Part shown: one piece after another, positions 45,309 through 57,231 of the stretch
Position numbering within the stretch: position 1 is the stretch's first letter
How the letters are laid out: the number at the start of each line of letters is the position of its first letter
NCBI GenBank assembly: GCA_963779615.1
Contig: CAVZZA010000003.1
Coordinates: forward strand, 224,001-288,000
Length of the DNA stretch: 64,000 nt
Direction: 5' to 3'
Source of the DNA: an uncultured Nitrososphaeraceae archaeon
GTDB taxonomy: Archaea; Thermoproteota; Nitrososphaeria; Nitrososphaerales; Nitrososphaeraceae
Program-made: the position numbers and the translations under genes
The notes under the pieces: generated by a model
Database searches by the model: none
What the model was told of the DNA's origin: nothing
What the model saw: the letters and a program-made list of their open reading frames with translations, nothing else

Positions 45309-46321
45309 TGGGAAAACGGACATATCCGGGGGTGAACATGTGGCAAGGGATTCAAACCTCCAAGTCAACCCAAGTATTCGGCCAAGACGGGAACGCATTG
45401 GACTTGTCGTGGATGGGTCCAACGCGGCGGCTGCGGTCAAAACCATTGTTTCAGCAGAGGCTGCAGGAGTGCGGCAGGTATGGATGACACAGCCACCATT
45501 TTGGCCAGACACATTGACTACATTTGCTGTAGCGGCGGCAAAAACATCCGCAATATGCCTGGGAACATCGATTGTGCCGACATATCCACGCCATCCCCTC
45601 GTCCTTGCTCAGCAGTCGCTATCCTTATACAATCTTGCGCCTGGCCGGTTGCGCCTTGGGATAGGCCCCAGTCACCGATTTATCATAGAGGGCACCTATG
45701 GCTTGCAACAGACGACACCCCTATCCCACCTGCGCGAATATGTGCAAGTGCTGCGTGCGGCGCTCTGGGAGGGGAAGGTCGATCATCACGGGCAATTCTA
45801 CAGTGTTGTTGCCACCCTCCCCCGCACATCGCAGGCTCCGGTGCTTGTTTCGGCACTGGGTGAGAAGGCATTTCAGTTGGCCGGGCAAGTAGCTGATGGG
45901 GCCCTTTCCTGGGTATGCCCTGTCCCGTATTTGCTTAGAACTGGAATTACGGCAATTGCGTGCATCGGCAGCTGCAGCAGGACGGGCATCTCCACCATTG
46001 GTTGCGCATGTACCGGTGGCACTCAGTGAGGACAGGGGCTCTGTCCTGTCTGCTGGACACCAAATGCTTGACTTCTATGCCACTATCCCCTTCTATGCCA
46101 GCATGTTCACCAATGCGGGTTTGCCCGCAACATCCGAACAGGCGATGTCCGATGACCTTGTGGAGAGTTTGGTCATCTCCGGAAATGAAGCAGCAGTGAC
46201 TGCGCGGTTCATAGAACTCCTGGAGGCAGGCTTGGATGAGATGATGGTGTCCCTGGTTCCCACTGCAGATGAGGGTAATGGTGAACAGGCACGACTCGCG
46301 CATTTAATCGGTCGGCTATAG
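45292..46321 (+). pseudogene. LLM-class flavin/F420-dependent oxidoreductase, frameshifted near 45945
   Basis: LGTSIVPTYPRHP, GRLRLGIGPSH, LAGQVADG; C-terminus in ORF 45896-46321. Confidence 0.85.
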
Positions 46322-46574
46322 AGTTGCGGGTTCTCATCACAGATCATAACCTTAACCGAAAGGCAAATCTAGCAGAAGGAAGGTGAAGCAACTCTCCTTT
46401 AGTTATGCCACGATGAGGCCAAGCAGAGTTTGAATGAAATGTTATGCAGTGTATAAATTTGCCTAAAAGGATATGACCTTATAAAAATAGGCTCTGTTCA
46501 TTTCTAGGGTGGTAATTTTGAGTATTTAAATCGTTGGTAACTAGAATATAAACTATATTGAATAATAAGTATCA

Positions 46575-46730
46575 ATGAGCGATTCACTAGATGATGCAGC
46601 AAAGAAAATGAAAAACACTCAGCAAGACTTTAACGCCAAAGCAGAGACTACTGAAGACCATGCAGAAGGCAAACCAAGTTCTGAAACCCTGAACAAGGCA
46701 AAAGAAAAGGTTAAAGACACCTTTTCCTAA
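46575..46730 (+). CDS. Small hydrophilic protein (CsbD/LEA-like, 51 aa)
   Basis: MSDSLDDAAKKMKNTQQDFNAKAETTEDHAEGKPSSETLNKAKEKVKDTFS followed by a T-run. Confidence 0.55.
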   Translation: MSDSLDDAAKKMKNTQQDFNAKAETTEDHAEGKPSSETLNKAKEKVKDTFS

Positions 46731-46831
46731 ATTTTTTGTTTCTATTGATTCTTCCGTTGTTTAAAACCGTTGTTGGGATTCCGTTGGTAAGTTTGGATAG
46801 CAATATTAATTATTAGTTATCAAAATATTTG

Positions 46832-47107
46832 TCATATATTGTAACACCCTTTAATCCCCGCCTTTTCGGCGGGAGTCTTTCCTTCCAGCGCTTGATGCGG
46901 CTTCACAAAGTTATAGTATATCCTTTGACCTTCCGCTATTGCCGACTTGTCAGATTTCCATCCCCTCTGAACCTTGACCCTTTCCCTCAAAGTTCCGTTT
47001 AACCTTTCTACTCTGTTATTGTTAGCATGGGTTTTGTTAATCCCACACTTGGATAAATGTTCTACCTTGTCTCCCAACGTTTGCTTTACACCTTCCCTGT
47101 AAGTCCT
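46832..47107 (-). mobile_element. IS6-like / rve transposase C-terminal fragment
   Basis: NNNRVERLNGTLRER.K..RG, YYNFVKPHQAL.GKTPAE motifs. Confidence 0.75.
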
Positions 47108-47255
47108 TAAAGCGTCTGTGTAAACAACATCGTGCTTGTTGTTATGGCTGTTTTTTTATTGGGTGATTTATATGGGCGGTTTGGTATATTTAGAGATGCA
47201 AAAACATCATGACGAATTACTGTAGGGTGGACAAGCACATGCCTGATGGCTCTAC

Positions 47256-47417
47256 CCCTGACAATTCTGTCAGGGATGTCAGGGATGTCAGGGTTTTTGG
47301 TACTGTTGTTTTTTTGCAACATACACTTATTGCATATGCTGTTGTGTACATACAGCAGCAGCAGAAACAACAGTACAGGAATCCCTGACATCTATGACAT
47401 CCCTGACATGTCTGATA
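47256..47417. repeat. Iteron and inverted-repeat cluster, candidate replication origin
   Basis: Three tgtcaggg units at 9-bp spacing plus an inverted set (ccctgacat) with ~44-bp arms; just downstream of the primase-helicase. Confidence 0.65.
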
Positions 47418-47543
47418 CACCCAAAAAACACATCTAAACAACAAACATAATAACATGCATCAGAGACCCAATATTTTTGCCCCCGCAACCCAAGTAGTCA
47501 CTCCTAAACCAAGCCCAAATAGCTATTGCAACTTAATAAAAGA

Positions 47544-49978
47544 CTAGTGGTAAGTTGATTCGGTCCACAGCGTAACCTGTTGCTGTTCATCAACGCAGAC
47601 GAACTCAGATTTTAGTTTCCTGCCAATCCAGCAGGTCCGCCTTTTTTCCCCATTGCTCTCTCGACCGTCAACCCAACCAAGTTTCTTTAAATCCCTGCCC
47701 AAGGCTACCTCGGACTTTGGGGGCAAGGAGTATTTTTGCAGTATTTTTTAAATGCGCCATACAGGTCGGCCTTTACAACATAATCACTTTCAGTAGAGTC
47801 ATCAAATATTGCCTCAGCAACAAAGGCCTGAACAGGGTTAACGGCCCTTTCATGTTTTGCGGTTCTGGCCTCGATGGTCTTCTCATTAAGGTGGATTCCA
47901 TTGTTTTTCAGGATGTTCCGCAATGCCCTCATCAAGACATTAAATATCCCGGATTTTTCCTCCTCGCTTGACAGTTCCTCAAGCAGATGTGGGTTGTCCT
48001 TTTTGTCCTCAAATGTGTTTGGGAAACTGATAATTATCTGTCTTCTGTAATAGGCGCCCGTTTGATCGGCTGTGTCTGCTATGGTGTTGGCGTTAAAGAA
48101 CAGCTTTGCATGAAGGTAGGCATCATGTGCGGGCTTGTATTTACGCTCTACCCTTATGGGTTGTTTCCTGCCGCCAGTTAGTTTTTTTAACAAAGACGTA
48201 TCCCTTATTGCAGTGCCTGAAAGCTCTGAGTTGATATTGACATCCTTGAACTCCAAATCCGAAAGGGCAAACCGATTATCGTTCAATGATGTCATTGAAA
48301 CATTGCTTACATTTTCTTCACCGTGTAACTTGGTGACCAGACCGGTAAATACGCTTTTTCCATTAGAGCCATATCCATGCAGCTTAAAGAAATGCTCAAA
48401 AGGACAATCCCGGTAAAAGGTGTAAGCCATCACCTCTACTGCAGTTCTAATTTCAGAAGGATACAAAACCTGACTTAAGAACTTCCCAAGCATCTTTGGT
48501 TTGGCTTTTGGGTCATATACAATAGGTTTCTGGTTGATTGAATAGTAATGCGGGGAATGAGGCATTAACTCATTTTTGTTAATGTCGTACAACCCGTTTC
48601 TAAGGTTTATGACATTAATGTTATTGTCTATTTCCTTCCTGGACCTGTAAGTTTGTCTTATGATGTGTCCTTTTATCTCTTCGAGATCCTTGACATTAAT
48701 GTTATTGTCTATTTCCTTCCTGGACCTGTACGTTTGTCTTATGATGTGTCCTTTTATCTCTTCGAGATCCTTGTTTTTAAGGGCATACTTTAACATCCCC
48801 TCTGCCTGTTTTTCAATTATGGTTTCACCACCGGGAACGTATACTCCATCCCTATAATGCAATATTTCCCTTCTCGACTCTTCAATAGTGAGGAAATGAT
48901 TGTCATTCATTATTTCCTCGGCAGCCTTTTCAACCAAGCCGATCTCTTCCTCCTTAGATGAGAACGTTTGTTGTTTGTGGGGGTTGTTAGTGGGGTCTAG
49001 ATATTTGGAGTTTTTTATTACAAACACTGTAGCACACTTCCACTGTTTTTCAACCTCCTTGTCTTCTAATGGTGGTTTGCAATGCTTTTTGTTCCACTCA
49101 TAAGACATCTTTTTTATCTGCTCTAAATCAAGTATTGACTTATTTCTTTGGATAAGTGAAGTCATAATTCTCAACAAAGCCTCATGTCTATTATGCCCCT
49201 CATGTATCACAAAATCTTCATCACATAACATCGCTATTGGAATTTTGTTTTCTTTGTCAATACCCAAATCATATTTCTTGTAAATTTTAAATAAAAGATC
49301 TTCAACGTTCTTCCCACATGTTTTGGGTTCAATAGTGCCTATGACTTCATATTTTTGTCCATTTTTATGCATTGAGGGACTGCAGTATGCAACCCCGTGT
49401 TCACCCAATCCTTTAACTTCGATTGCAGGAATCTTATTCTTGTCTATTAAATCTTTTAACTTGCTGACGTCACTGCTTTTCTTGTTAAAAGTGTGATTTG
49501 AATAAAAATAAAGGTGCGCTTTTGTTTTATTATCCTTATGTTGCTCCACTATAACATAATTAGACAATAATTCCAAATTCTCACAATTGAAAATGTTACA
49601 GACTTCATCTATAGCCTTTTGATTATCCAAGTCTATAAAAACAAGTAGTTTATCCTTATGTGGTCCCCTCCAAACCTTTCCTGGAATTAATGCTATGCCT
49701 TGGGAGTAATTATTGTATTTCTTGCGTAATTGATGCACCTCATCCAACACAGGCTTATTTTGATATTCTGACCATTTTACTTTTATTTCTCTTTTCTTTG
49801 TATCCGCAGGTATTATATTCACACCTATCACATAAAACCAAAAATCAGCCCATGTATTGATGTCAGTCTTTGAATCCTCTTGTCTAATTTTATTTAATAG
49901 GATATCTTTATCGATTGAGGATGCGTCATTTGCTTTTAAGTCATTAGTTGATATGATATCCGTAGAAAGAGAAGTCAT
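47544..49978 (-). CDS. Prim-Pol / D5-like (P4-family) primase-helicase, frameshift near 47725
   Basis: IDLD and HLYF primase motifs, WNKKHCKPPL PriCT-like, D5_N (INLRNGLYD), Walker A GYGSNGKS; tail SLPPKSEVALGRDL in a shifted frame. Confidence 0.88.
48610..48771. repeat. 81-bp in-frame tandem duplication in the primase-helicase
   Basis: KDLEEIKGHIIRQTYRSRKEIDNNINV occurs twice; one nucleotide difference. Confidence 0.9.
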
Positions 49979-50723
49979 CCAAATTCACTCTAGTGTAGCG
50001 ATACTGTCAGATGTTTGAATGACCGCTTGACCGCCTTTTCTATCCTCATCCCTTGGAGCACTCCTCAGACACAAGGGATGACTTTTTTATAAACACAGTG
50101 GATTTGCAGCGGCTGCAGTTTGCGCAGTATGGGTTTGAACCCTTATAGGTCCAGGTATTTTTGCAGCGTTTACAAGTTAAATTTTCCAATAGTATACATA
50201 CCCATATACACAGAATTTGCTTATAAGCATAACGTTGGTTTATACTTCAGCGTGGGATTACCGAAATATAGATTATACCGTAACTCTTCTATTCTTACAC
50301 TCTCATTTAAATCTTTCGACACTCATAGAAGATATAGTATACTTGTAATAGCGGATGATGGTGGCGAGTCACTATCTTGACTTTATCGCATGTTGCAGGA
50401 GTTGCCAAGTAGAAGGTTGACGACTTTGAAAAGGTGTTAAGTTGCCTGTCAATGGACCTAATCAAGGTTTGGAATGGTCTTGCTACTTGCTGTGTTTATT
50501 GTGGTTGCCCTGCTTCTAATGGTTGTGGCGGCGGCCATTTCAATGCACCCTACTGCAATTGTGGGCCAATGATGCCCGCCGTGGTGTATACATTGGTTCG
50601 AGGCAGGAGCACCACACAATCATCCCTCCTTGCACCTCTTATGAATATAACATGCAGCAACCAAAGAGGTGGCATTTCATCGTTGCCTTATAAGCATTTT
50701 ATTAATATGCTAAGGTGTCAATA

Positions 50724-51008
50724 ATGACAAACTTAAGAAAATACTACATTTCTCCATATCAGGTTGGCAAGGACAAAAGGTCCCTAGCCATGGTTCTACC
50801 ATCTGAATTGGTCAAGTTGCTCAACATCGACCCCCTTACCATACTCTTTTTGCTAAAGGTTGAAGGGCACGATGAGTTGCAGTTAAGGATCATCAGACAG
50901 GAGCATCTGGAGAAAAAGGAAATGGAAAATGTGGCACCTGTTGATAATGTCCCTAACCCTACCTGTCAGATATCATCTGTCGTTGAACAGGAGGCCGTTC
51001 ACCATTGA
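50724..51008 (+). CDS. AbrB/MazE-like DNA-binding protein
   Basis: SLAMVLPSELVKLLNI swapped-hairpin-like pattern. Confidence 0.55.
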   Translation: MTNLRKYYISPYQVGKDKRSLAMVLPSELVKLLNIDPLTILFLLKVEGHDELQLRIIRQEHLEKKEMENVAPVDNVPNPTCQISSVVEQEAVHH

Positions 51009-51931
51009 GAAACCTTGAGGATGCGTCTTGGGGAACCAACAACCCTCCTTCTACCGAAGAAGACGACTTTGTCAACCCAAACGAAACCGGGGAGGCTGTT
51101 GACAAGAAACTCGATGCAGAGGTGTCTGGGTTATTTGAGGATGCAAGGGACGAACTTGAAAAGATAGATGCAAATGCAGAACGCCAGAAAAAGGAAATCG
51201 TCATCGATTTGGCAAAAGACCTTGAGGGAAAGATCCCAACAGACACCATATGCATGGAGATCATAAATCAGTTACGGGGTCAAGTAAAAGAACGAACTGT
51301 ACGTGCATGCCTGGATGAAAAGTACAAGCAAAAATCCCAGTCTGAAAACGCCAAGAAGCAGAATAGACAACAGCAACAGGAAGTTGGCTCCAGTGACGGT
51401 TCGGCGGCATCGATGCCGCCGAACCAAGAGACTGAAAATAAAAAGGCCATCATACTTGGCGTTGATGGTCAGGCCATACTACAAGAGGAGGAAAGGGATG
51501 AGCAAGATGATGAAGGCGAGGACGAGGAACAATCCGCCGTAACCACTGAACCTTCAATCACAAAGGATGGAGTGCAAAAGAATCATCGACAAGAGCAGCA
51601 GGAAGAACCAGAGGATTTCAAATATTCTTATGACTACCTTAACATGAAGGGCCCTAGTTTGGAGGATTTAGAACCGGAGGGAAAGATTGAGAAACCAATT
51701 CAATCCACCGACCAAGACGAAACGGCTGGCGAATATATCCATAACAACAAACCACATGAGCCTGAAGGTGATATCCTGGAATTTGAGTTCTATATGTTGT
51801 ATGGCAACATACGCAAGTATATGGTTCCCCTATTTCAAAAGATAGGCGATAGTGGAAAAGTATGGATCAAAGGAAAAATTGACAGAAGGACAGGAAAGGT
51901 TGTAGATGTAGGTTTCGGAAAAATAAGTTAG
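51005..51931 (+). CDS. Hypothetical acidic protein of the element
   Basis: 308-aa ORF whose start overlaps the upstream stop codon. Confidence 0.7.
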   Translation: MRNLEDASWGTNNPPSTEEDDFVNPNETGEAVDKKLDAEVSGLFEDARDELEKIDANAERQKKEIVIDLAKDLEGKIPTDTICMEIINQLRGQVKERTVRACLDEKYKQKSQSENAKKQNRQQQQEVGSSDGSAASMPPNQETENKKAIILGVDGQAILQEEERDEQDDEGEDEEQSAVTTEPSITKDGVQKNHRQEQQEEPEDFKYSYDYLNMKGPSLEDLEPEGKIEKPIQSTDQDETAGEYIHNNKPHEPEGDILEFEFYMLYGNIRKYMVPLFQKIGDSGKVWIKGKIDRRTGKVVDVGFGKIS

Positions 51932-52328
51932 TTGCAGCAATGCTATATTACCAGTCCTGCCCATGACCTTTAACAATATTTTTTACAAAAGCAATGACAG
52001 GAATGTACCATTACGTTCAGAAAAAAAAATGTACCAGATAAGGAATTAGTACATAGTGTAAGGCAGAGGAAATACGTAAAAAGGGATCAAGTAAGGGAAT
52101 TGGGTGAACTTAACTACAGCAAAAATGGCATGGGCCTAACCATATTCGATCCGCAGCTAGCCAAAGAGTAAGGTAGGTGTCTTTGTTACGTTTATGGGCG
52201 CATGGTCAAGCTGGCAATACAGACCGCCATAACTCCTGAGCATGTGGTCAGTCACTCTTCTGTAAATAATTGGTATTAAAAACCGTTGAATACCAGGCTT
52301 TATATAGCATGTTAACCTACAGATAGTG

Positions 52329-52871
52329 ATGTCAAAGAAAATAGAAACACAAGAAAGTTACTCATATAACAATAATACCAATACCAATGATTTCAAAGAG
52401 TCAGTCAACAGGTCACTTGACGAGGCCAAAGACAACATCAAAAAATCAATAGACGAGTCAAAGAACCAGATTCCCCGAATCAACAACATCGTGAACAGCT
52501 ACCAGGAACAATCACTCCAAACCGCAAAAGAGGTTTCAGAGGAGGACATCGACTCACAAAAGGAAATCATCAGCTCACTCCAATCAGCATGGAAGCCATA
52601 CAACGAAAGCTTTAACGGGTTAGTCACAAGGTTCTCATCACCTGACGCAGCAACCAAGGCATACGCAAGGTTTGTCAGCAATGTCGCAGACAACACAGTG
52701 TTAGCCATAAGACTCACAAACAACATCATATTCTCAAACTTGGACTCATGGAAATCAGTGATGCAACAGGCAAAAGACAACTCAAAACACCTGTCAAACA
52801 TGGGCGTAAACACAGCAAAAACATTTGAACAAAATACAAGACAATTAGCATCAGCAGTTAGATGCAAATAA
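52329..52871 (+). CDS. Helical, possibly phasin-like, hypothetical protein
   Basis: Amphipathic Q/N/S-rich helices; possible 3' frameshift. Confidence 0.55.
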   Translation: MSKKIETQESYSYNNNTNTNDFKESVNRSLDEAKDNIKKSIDESKNQIPRINNIVNSYQEQSLQTAKEVSEEDIDSQKEIISSLQSAWKPYNESFNGLVTRFSSPDAATKAYARFVSNVADNTVLAIRLTNNIIFSNLDSWKSVMQQAKDNSKHLSNMGVNTAKTFEQNTRQLASAVRCK

Positions 52872-53039
52872 TTCAAACGTTAACGCATCTACCTCTACCA
52901 ACAACACCACTACAGTTTACAGTACAACAACAACAAAAAAGCAATAAAAGTAATTAGAATCTACTAAAAGATTCGGCAATTGCCAATTCCTTTTATAGTA
53001 GTTTATTAAAGTAGTGTAAAAGGTGGCGAATATTTTTTA

Positions 53040-53489
53040 ATGATTAGTCTAAACAAGTATACAATACCAGTGCCAAAAGACCTTCTGCAAAGAATAGACA
53101 GAACCTCCTCCCCGGTGCATTTTGGCATCCTCAGAAATGCGGTTGACCTGGTTGCTCCACAAAGTACTCCTGTCCTTGCCGCGGCAAACGGAACAGTGAT
53201 TTATGTCCATGATGACTCCAATGTTGGAGGCCCTGATCCATCATACTGGAATTACACCAACTTTATCACAATTATGCACCCAAACGGGGAATACTCGCGA
53301 TACGACCACCTCGAATATGGCAGCGCAAAGGTAATGGTGGGCCAACAAGTGCGCGCAGGCCAGGAGATAGCCAGGGTTGGCATGACAGGCTACACATATG
53401 TCCCACACCGGCATTTTCACGTTATGGTGTTCACAGGGTACAACATTTGGACAGACTTTGACACCCTGGAGGTCAAATTTTTTATTTGA
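53040..53489 (+). CDS. M23 family metallopeptidase
   Basis: AVDL, PVLAAANGTV, YDHL and GMTGY...PHRHF motifs. Confidence 0.85.
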   Translation: MISLNKYTIPVPKDLLQRIDRTSSPVHFGILRNAVDLVAPQSTPVLAAANGTVIYVHDDSNVGGPDPSYWNYTNFITIMHPNGEYSRYDHLEYGSAKVMVGQQVRAGQEIARVGMTGYTYVPHRHFHVMVFTGYNIWTDFDTLEVKFFI

Positions 53490-53947
53490 TCCCATAGAGG
53501 TCACTCCTGTGGTTATAACTCCGGACTAAAATTAATTCAAATTTTTAAATCATATTCATCGCTAAATATAGAATATTTTTGAGGACTGATGCTCCTTGCT
53601 ACCAATCTCTGCTCTTTTGTGTTTTCTTTTAGTGTATGTGTCTAAAGTAAATTGCGGCTACTATTTGTAAAAGGCAGCTGCCTATACTGCAGATATCTAT
53701 AAAATGGTTGTAGTGTGCTCGTTTCTTGTAATATGTCATATGGACGAAGCGGCGGTGAATTTATCTTCCTGCTTCCATGACTGTCATTGATGATATGGGC
53801 ATCAGCCTAGGAATCGGCTCCGGTCAAGTTTATCCCTGGTACCATGTTGTAAACAGAGGCTAAACCCATTTATTCGGTACTCAATGTTGCTTAAATCATA
53901 CGCTGATTGAAGAATAAAAGCATCGGACTTGCATAACTACTACTACC

Positions 53948-54955
53948 ATGGCACTGAAGCATCCAACAAAAAATGTGGGCACGCCATTGTCCATTCTTGA
54001 CCTGGTGATGGTAAATGCAGGCGGTGGCTCCCCAGGCCAGTCAATGCAAAACAGCTTGGATTTGGCCCGGCATGCCGAGCGGTGGGGATACAAACGCTAC
54101 TGGCTGGCAAAGCACCACAACACCAAGGGCATAGCAAGCACCGCCACCTCTGTGCTTATTGGGTTTATAGCAGCAGGCACTTCCACAATAAGGGTGGGCT
54201 CTGGCGGTGTGATGCTGCCAAACCATGCCCCGCTTGTAATAGCAGAGCAGTTTGGAACCCTGGAATCACTGTATCCCGGCAGGGTTGACCTTGGGGTTGG
54301 CCGCGCACCCGGCACAGACATAAGTACAGCCATGGCCTTAAGGCGCAACCTGGACGGTCTGGAGGAGGATTTTCCCAATGGCGTTATGGAGTTGCAAAAC
54401 TACCTTGGTCCGCCAAAACCCGGGGCCAAGGTTAGGGCAACCCCAGGCGAGGGGCTGAAAGTCCCAATCTGGCTGCTGGGCTCAAGCACATTCAGCGCCC
54501 AGCTGGGCCTGCCTTTTGCCTTTGCAAGCCATTTTGCTCCAGCATACTTGGATGCCTTGGATACGGCTGTTGCAGCCTATCGAGAAGGATTCAAGCCCTC
54601 TGAAACCCTGAAGGAGCCTTACGTTTTTAGCTGCTGTCAATGTGGTTGCGGCTGACACAGACATAGAGGCCAGTCGCCTGTTCACATCCACACAGGTGAG
54701 GGCACTGGAAATGATCAGGGGAAACCACGCACCATTACAATCCCAGGTAAACGACATTGATGGCGTATAAAGCAAAGGTGAGAAGGAGGCTGTGGAGCAA
54801 AGGCTCAGGTATTTTTTTGTTGGGGACCAGCCACTGTCAAAGGGAGCCTGGAGTCCTATTTGGACAGGACGCAGGTAGACGATATCATGGCTGTCTCGCA
54901 CATATACGAGCATGCCGCAAGGCTGCGCTCCTATGAAATTCTGTCGTCCCTTTGA
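53948..54955 (+). pseudogene. LLM-class flavin-dependent oxidoreductase (luciferase-like), disrupted
   Basis: [33 protein letters not shown]; frameshift near 54625 and later stops. Confidence 0.85.
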
Positions 54956-55202
54956 CACGTATGAGCAATAGAATCTTTAAACTGGGTTATTAGCCAAGCA
55001 TGATTCGGGTGGTGAAAAATGACAACATGTCAAACATAGAAGATTCTTCAGCATCCGATGAAAACGATAATATGATGACATAAACAAGATTAAAAGTGAT
55101 TATTTTGGTGGTTAAGAAAAGATGAATGGTTTGCTTCATCTATAGAGTATTAGATTAAATATTACTGTTAACCTTTTTCTACATTTATCTATATTTTAGC
55201 GG

Positions 55203-56738
55203 TTAAGGTTCGAGGGTAAATACTTGAACACGGTTATGGCCAGTATCAGCTATATACACATTACCTGTAGATGGATTTACCGCAATACCTCTAGGACCAT
55301 CAAACTGTCCATCGCCTGTACCACCAGTTCCAAACTTTGTTATGAAGTTGCCACTGCTGTCGAATACTTGTACACGGTTATGGCCAGTATCTGTTACAAA
55401 CACATTACCTGTAGATGGATTTACCGCAATACCTCTAGGACCATCAAACTGTCCATCGCCTGTACCACCAGTTCCAAACTTTGTTATGAAGTTGCCACTG
55501 CTGTCGAATACTTGTACACGGTTATTGTTAAAGTCTACTACAAACACATTACCTGTAGATGGATTTACCGCAATACCTACCGGGGCATTAAACTGTCCAT
55601 CGCCTGTACCACCAGTTCCAAACTTTGTTATGAAGTTGCCACTGCTGTCGAATACTTGTACACGGTTATGGCCAGTATCTGTTACAAACACATTACCTGT
55701 AGATGGATTTACTGCAGCGCTATTCGGATCAAGAAACTGTCCATCGCCTGTACCACCAGTTCCAAACTTTGTTATGAAGTTGCCACTGCTGTCGAATACT
55801 TGTACACGGTCATTGTTTCGCTCTACTACAAACACATTACCTGTAGATGGATTTACTGCAATACCTGCTGGAAGATTGAATTGTCCATTACCACCACCAT
55901 GAGATCCAAACTTTGTTATGAAGTTGCCACTGCTGTCGAATACTTGTACACGTTCATTGTCAAACTCTACTACAAACACATTACCTGTAGAGGGATTTAC
56001 CGCAATACCTACCGGGGTTTTAAACTGTCCATCGCTTGTTCCTTCAGATCCCCATTTATTTAAAAATATATATGTTTTTTGTACGTATTCGTTTAATACA
56101 TCACATTTCTTGTTTTCACCAGCTGTATTTATACTGCCACTGCAGCCTGAACCAAAGTGCTGTACCAATTTTAATTGTACAGGTGCATTAGTTGGCACGT
56201 CCTCAATTACATTATAGGTACCTAAATTTACCGCGACATTGGTGCCACCTGAAGAGCCGGCAAATGAACTTGGATTCGGATTGTTATTTCCAGGAGCCCC
56301 TGTGATATGCATTGTAAAATCCGATGGTTGTGGACATGTAAAGCCTTGAAGACATTTAACGTCTTTTGTAACTAGGAGGGACCCTGTTTGTGGCGTTGGT
56401 GTTGTACCATTGCCTGACGCTGTTGGTGATGTTGGGGATACAGCAGGTTGCTGTTGGTGTTGTATGTTCTCACTCTGATCATTATAGCCTGCTGCCGTAT
56501 TGTCATTGCCCGTTATCTGTTTGTTGTCATTTGCCTGTTCACAACCATCAGATCTATGACAGACGTTGTCTTGGTTCACATGTTGTTTTATGTCCTGTTT
56601 TAAATCCGAAGTTTTAAGACTTGCAGCATACACTGATTGTTGTTGTAGAGAATTTAGATTTGGCAAAATAGCAAACATTGATGCTATTGAAATCACTATA
56701 ATAAGTACAATCGGTAAATGTTTTAAACTGTTATTCAT
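55203..56738 (-). CDS. Secreted QDNxC-module protein with a prealbumin-like domain and a 6-bladed NHL beta-propeller
   Basis: Signal peptide, QDNVCHRSDGCEQAN module, LLVTKDV.C domain, six GQF..P.GIAVNPSTGNVFV.D..N.RVQVF repeats. Confidence 0.9.
   Translation of the reverse strand: MNNSLKHLPIVLIIVISIASMFAILPNLNSLQQQSVYAASLKTSDLKQDIKQHVNQDNVCHRSDGCEQANDNKQITGNDNTAAGYNDQSENIQHQQQPAVSPTSPTASGNGTTPTPQTGSLLVTKDVKCLQGFTCPQPSDFTMHITGAPGNNNPNPSSFAGSSGGTNVAVNLGTYNVIEDVPTNAPVQLKLVQHFGSGCSGSINTAGENKKCDVLNEYVQKTYIFLNKWGSEGTSDGQFKTPVGIAVNPSTGNVFVVEFDNERVQVFDSSGNFITKFGSHGGGNGQFNLPAGIAVNPSTGNVFVVERNNDRVQVFDSSGNFITKFGTGGTGDGQFLDPNSAAVNPSTGNVFVTDTGHNRVQVFDSSGNFITKFGTGGTGDGQFNAPVGIAVNPSTGNVFVVDFNNNRVQVFDSSGNFITKFGTGGTGDGQFDGPRGIAVNPSTGNVFVTDTGHNRVQVFDSSGNFITKFGTGGTGDGQFDGPRGIAVNPSTGNVYIADTGHNRVQVFTLEP
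55210..56055. repeat. Six near-identical 144-bp NHL-coding tandem repeats
   Basis: ttacctgtag recurs at 55261, 55405, 55549, 55693, 55837 and 55981. Confidence 0.9.
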
Positions 56739-57231
56739 AACTAATGGTTAGATTATGTCAGTATATTTGAAATATCCAGAATTGTCGGCATACTTTAATA
56801 CTATTTCAACTTAGGTAGGAAATTATCAGGAGATACAAATTATAAATTATACCTAAGCAACCTCTATCAATGGGATTTGAGGAGATTAAACTTGATAAGA
56901 CATCTCCTCCATGGAAGAGTTTTGATGCTATGATTTAAGGATGGAAGATGGTGAGTGTTAGGCTATTGACCTGCGTGCAATTGTATAACAGCAGCTAATA
57001 ATCTGTCCACGATACTTGATTCATACTGCTGTCGATGGTGTATCATCACGAATCCCTCCTTATACCAATTCGGTTCCTTCTGAACCGTCATATCGTTTGT
57101 GTTTATGCATGTACAGCGATTCAGGTGGGATTTACTGACACTGTGGCATTTTATTGGCAAAATAACGAATTCGAATTGATTAGAGAAATTAAAAAAAAAT
57201 TAAAAAAATATAGTTGTGAATTATGTTAGGT

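Noticed and set aside
55224-56063. Long + strand ORFs (279 aa, 186 aa) with repeats
   Set aside because: Antisense shadows of the NHL repeat gene.
55203-56738. Diversity-generating retroelement behind the repeat variation
   Set aside because: No reverse transcriptase in the window, and the differences are not adenine-specific template/variable pairs.
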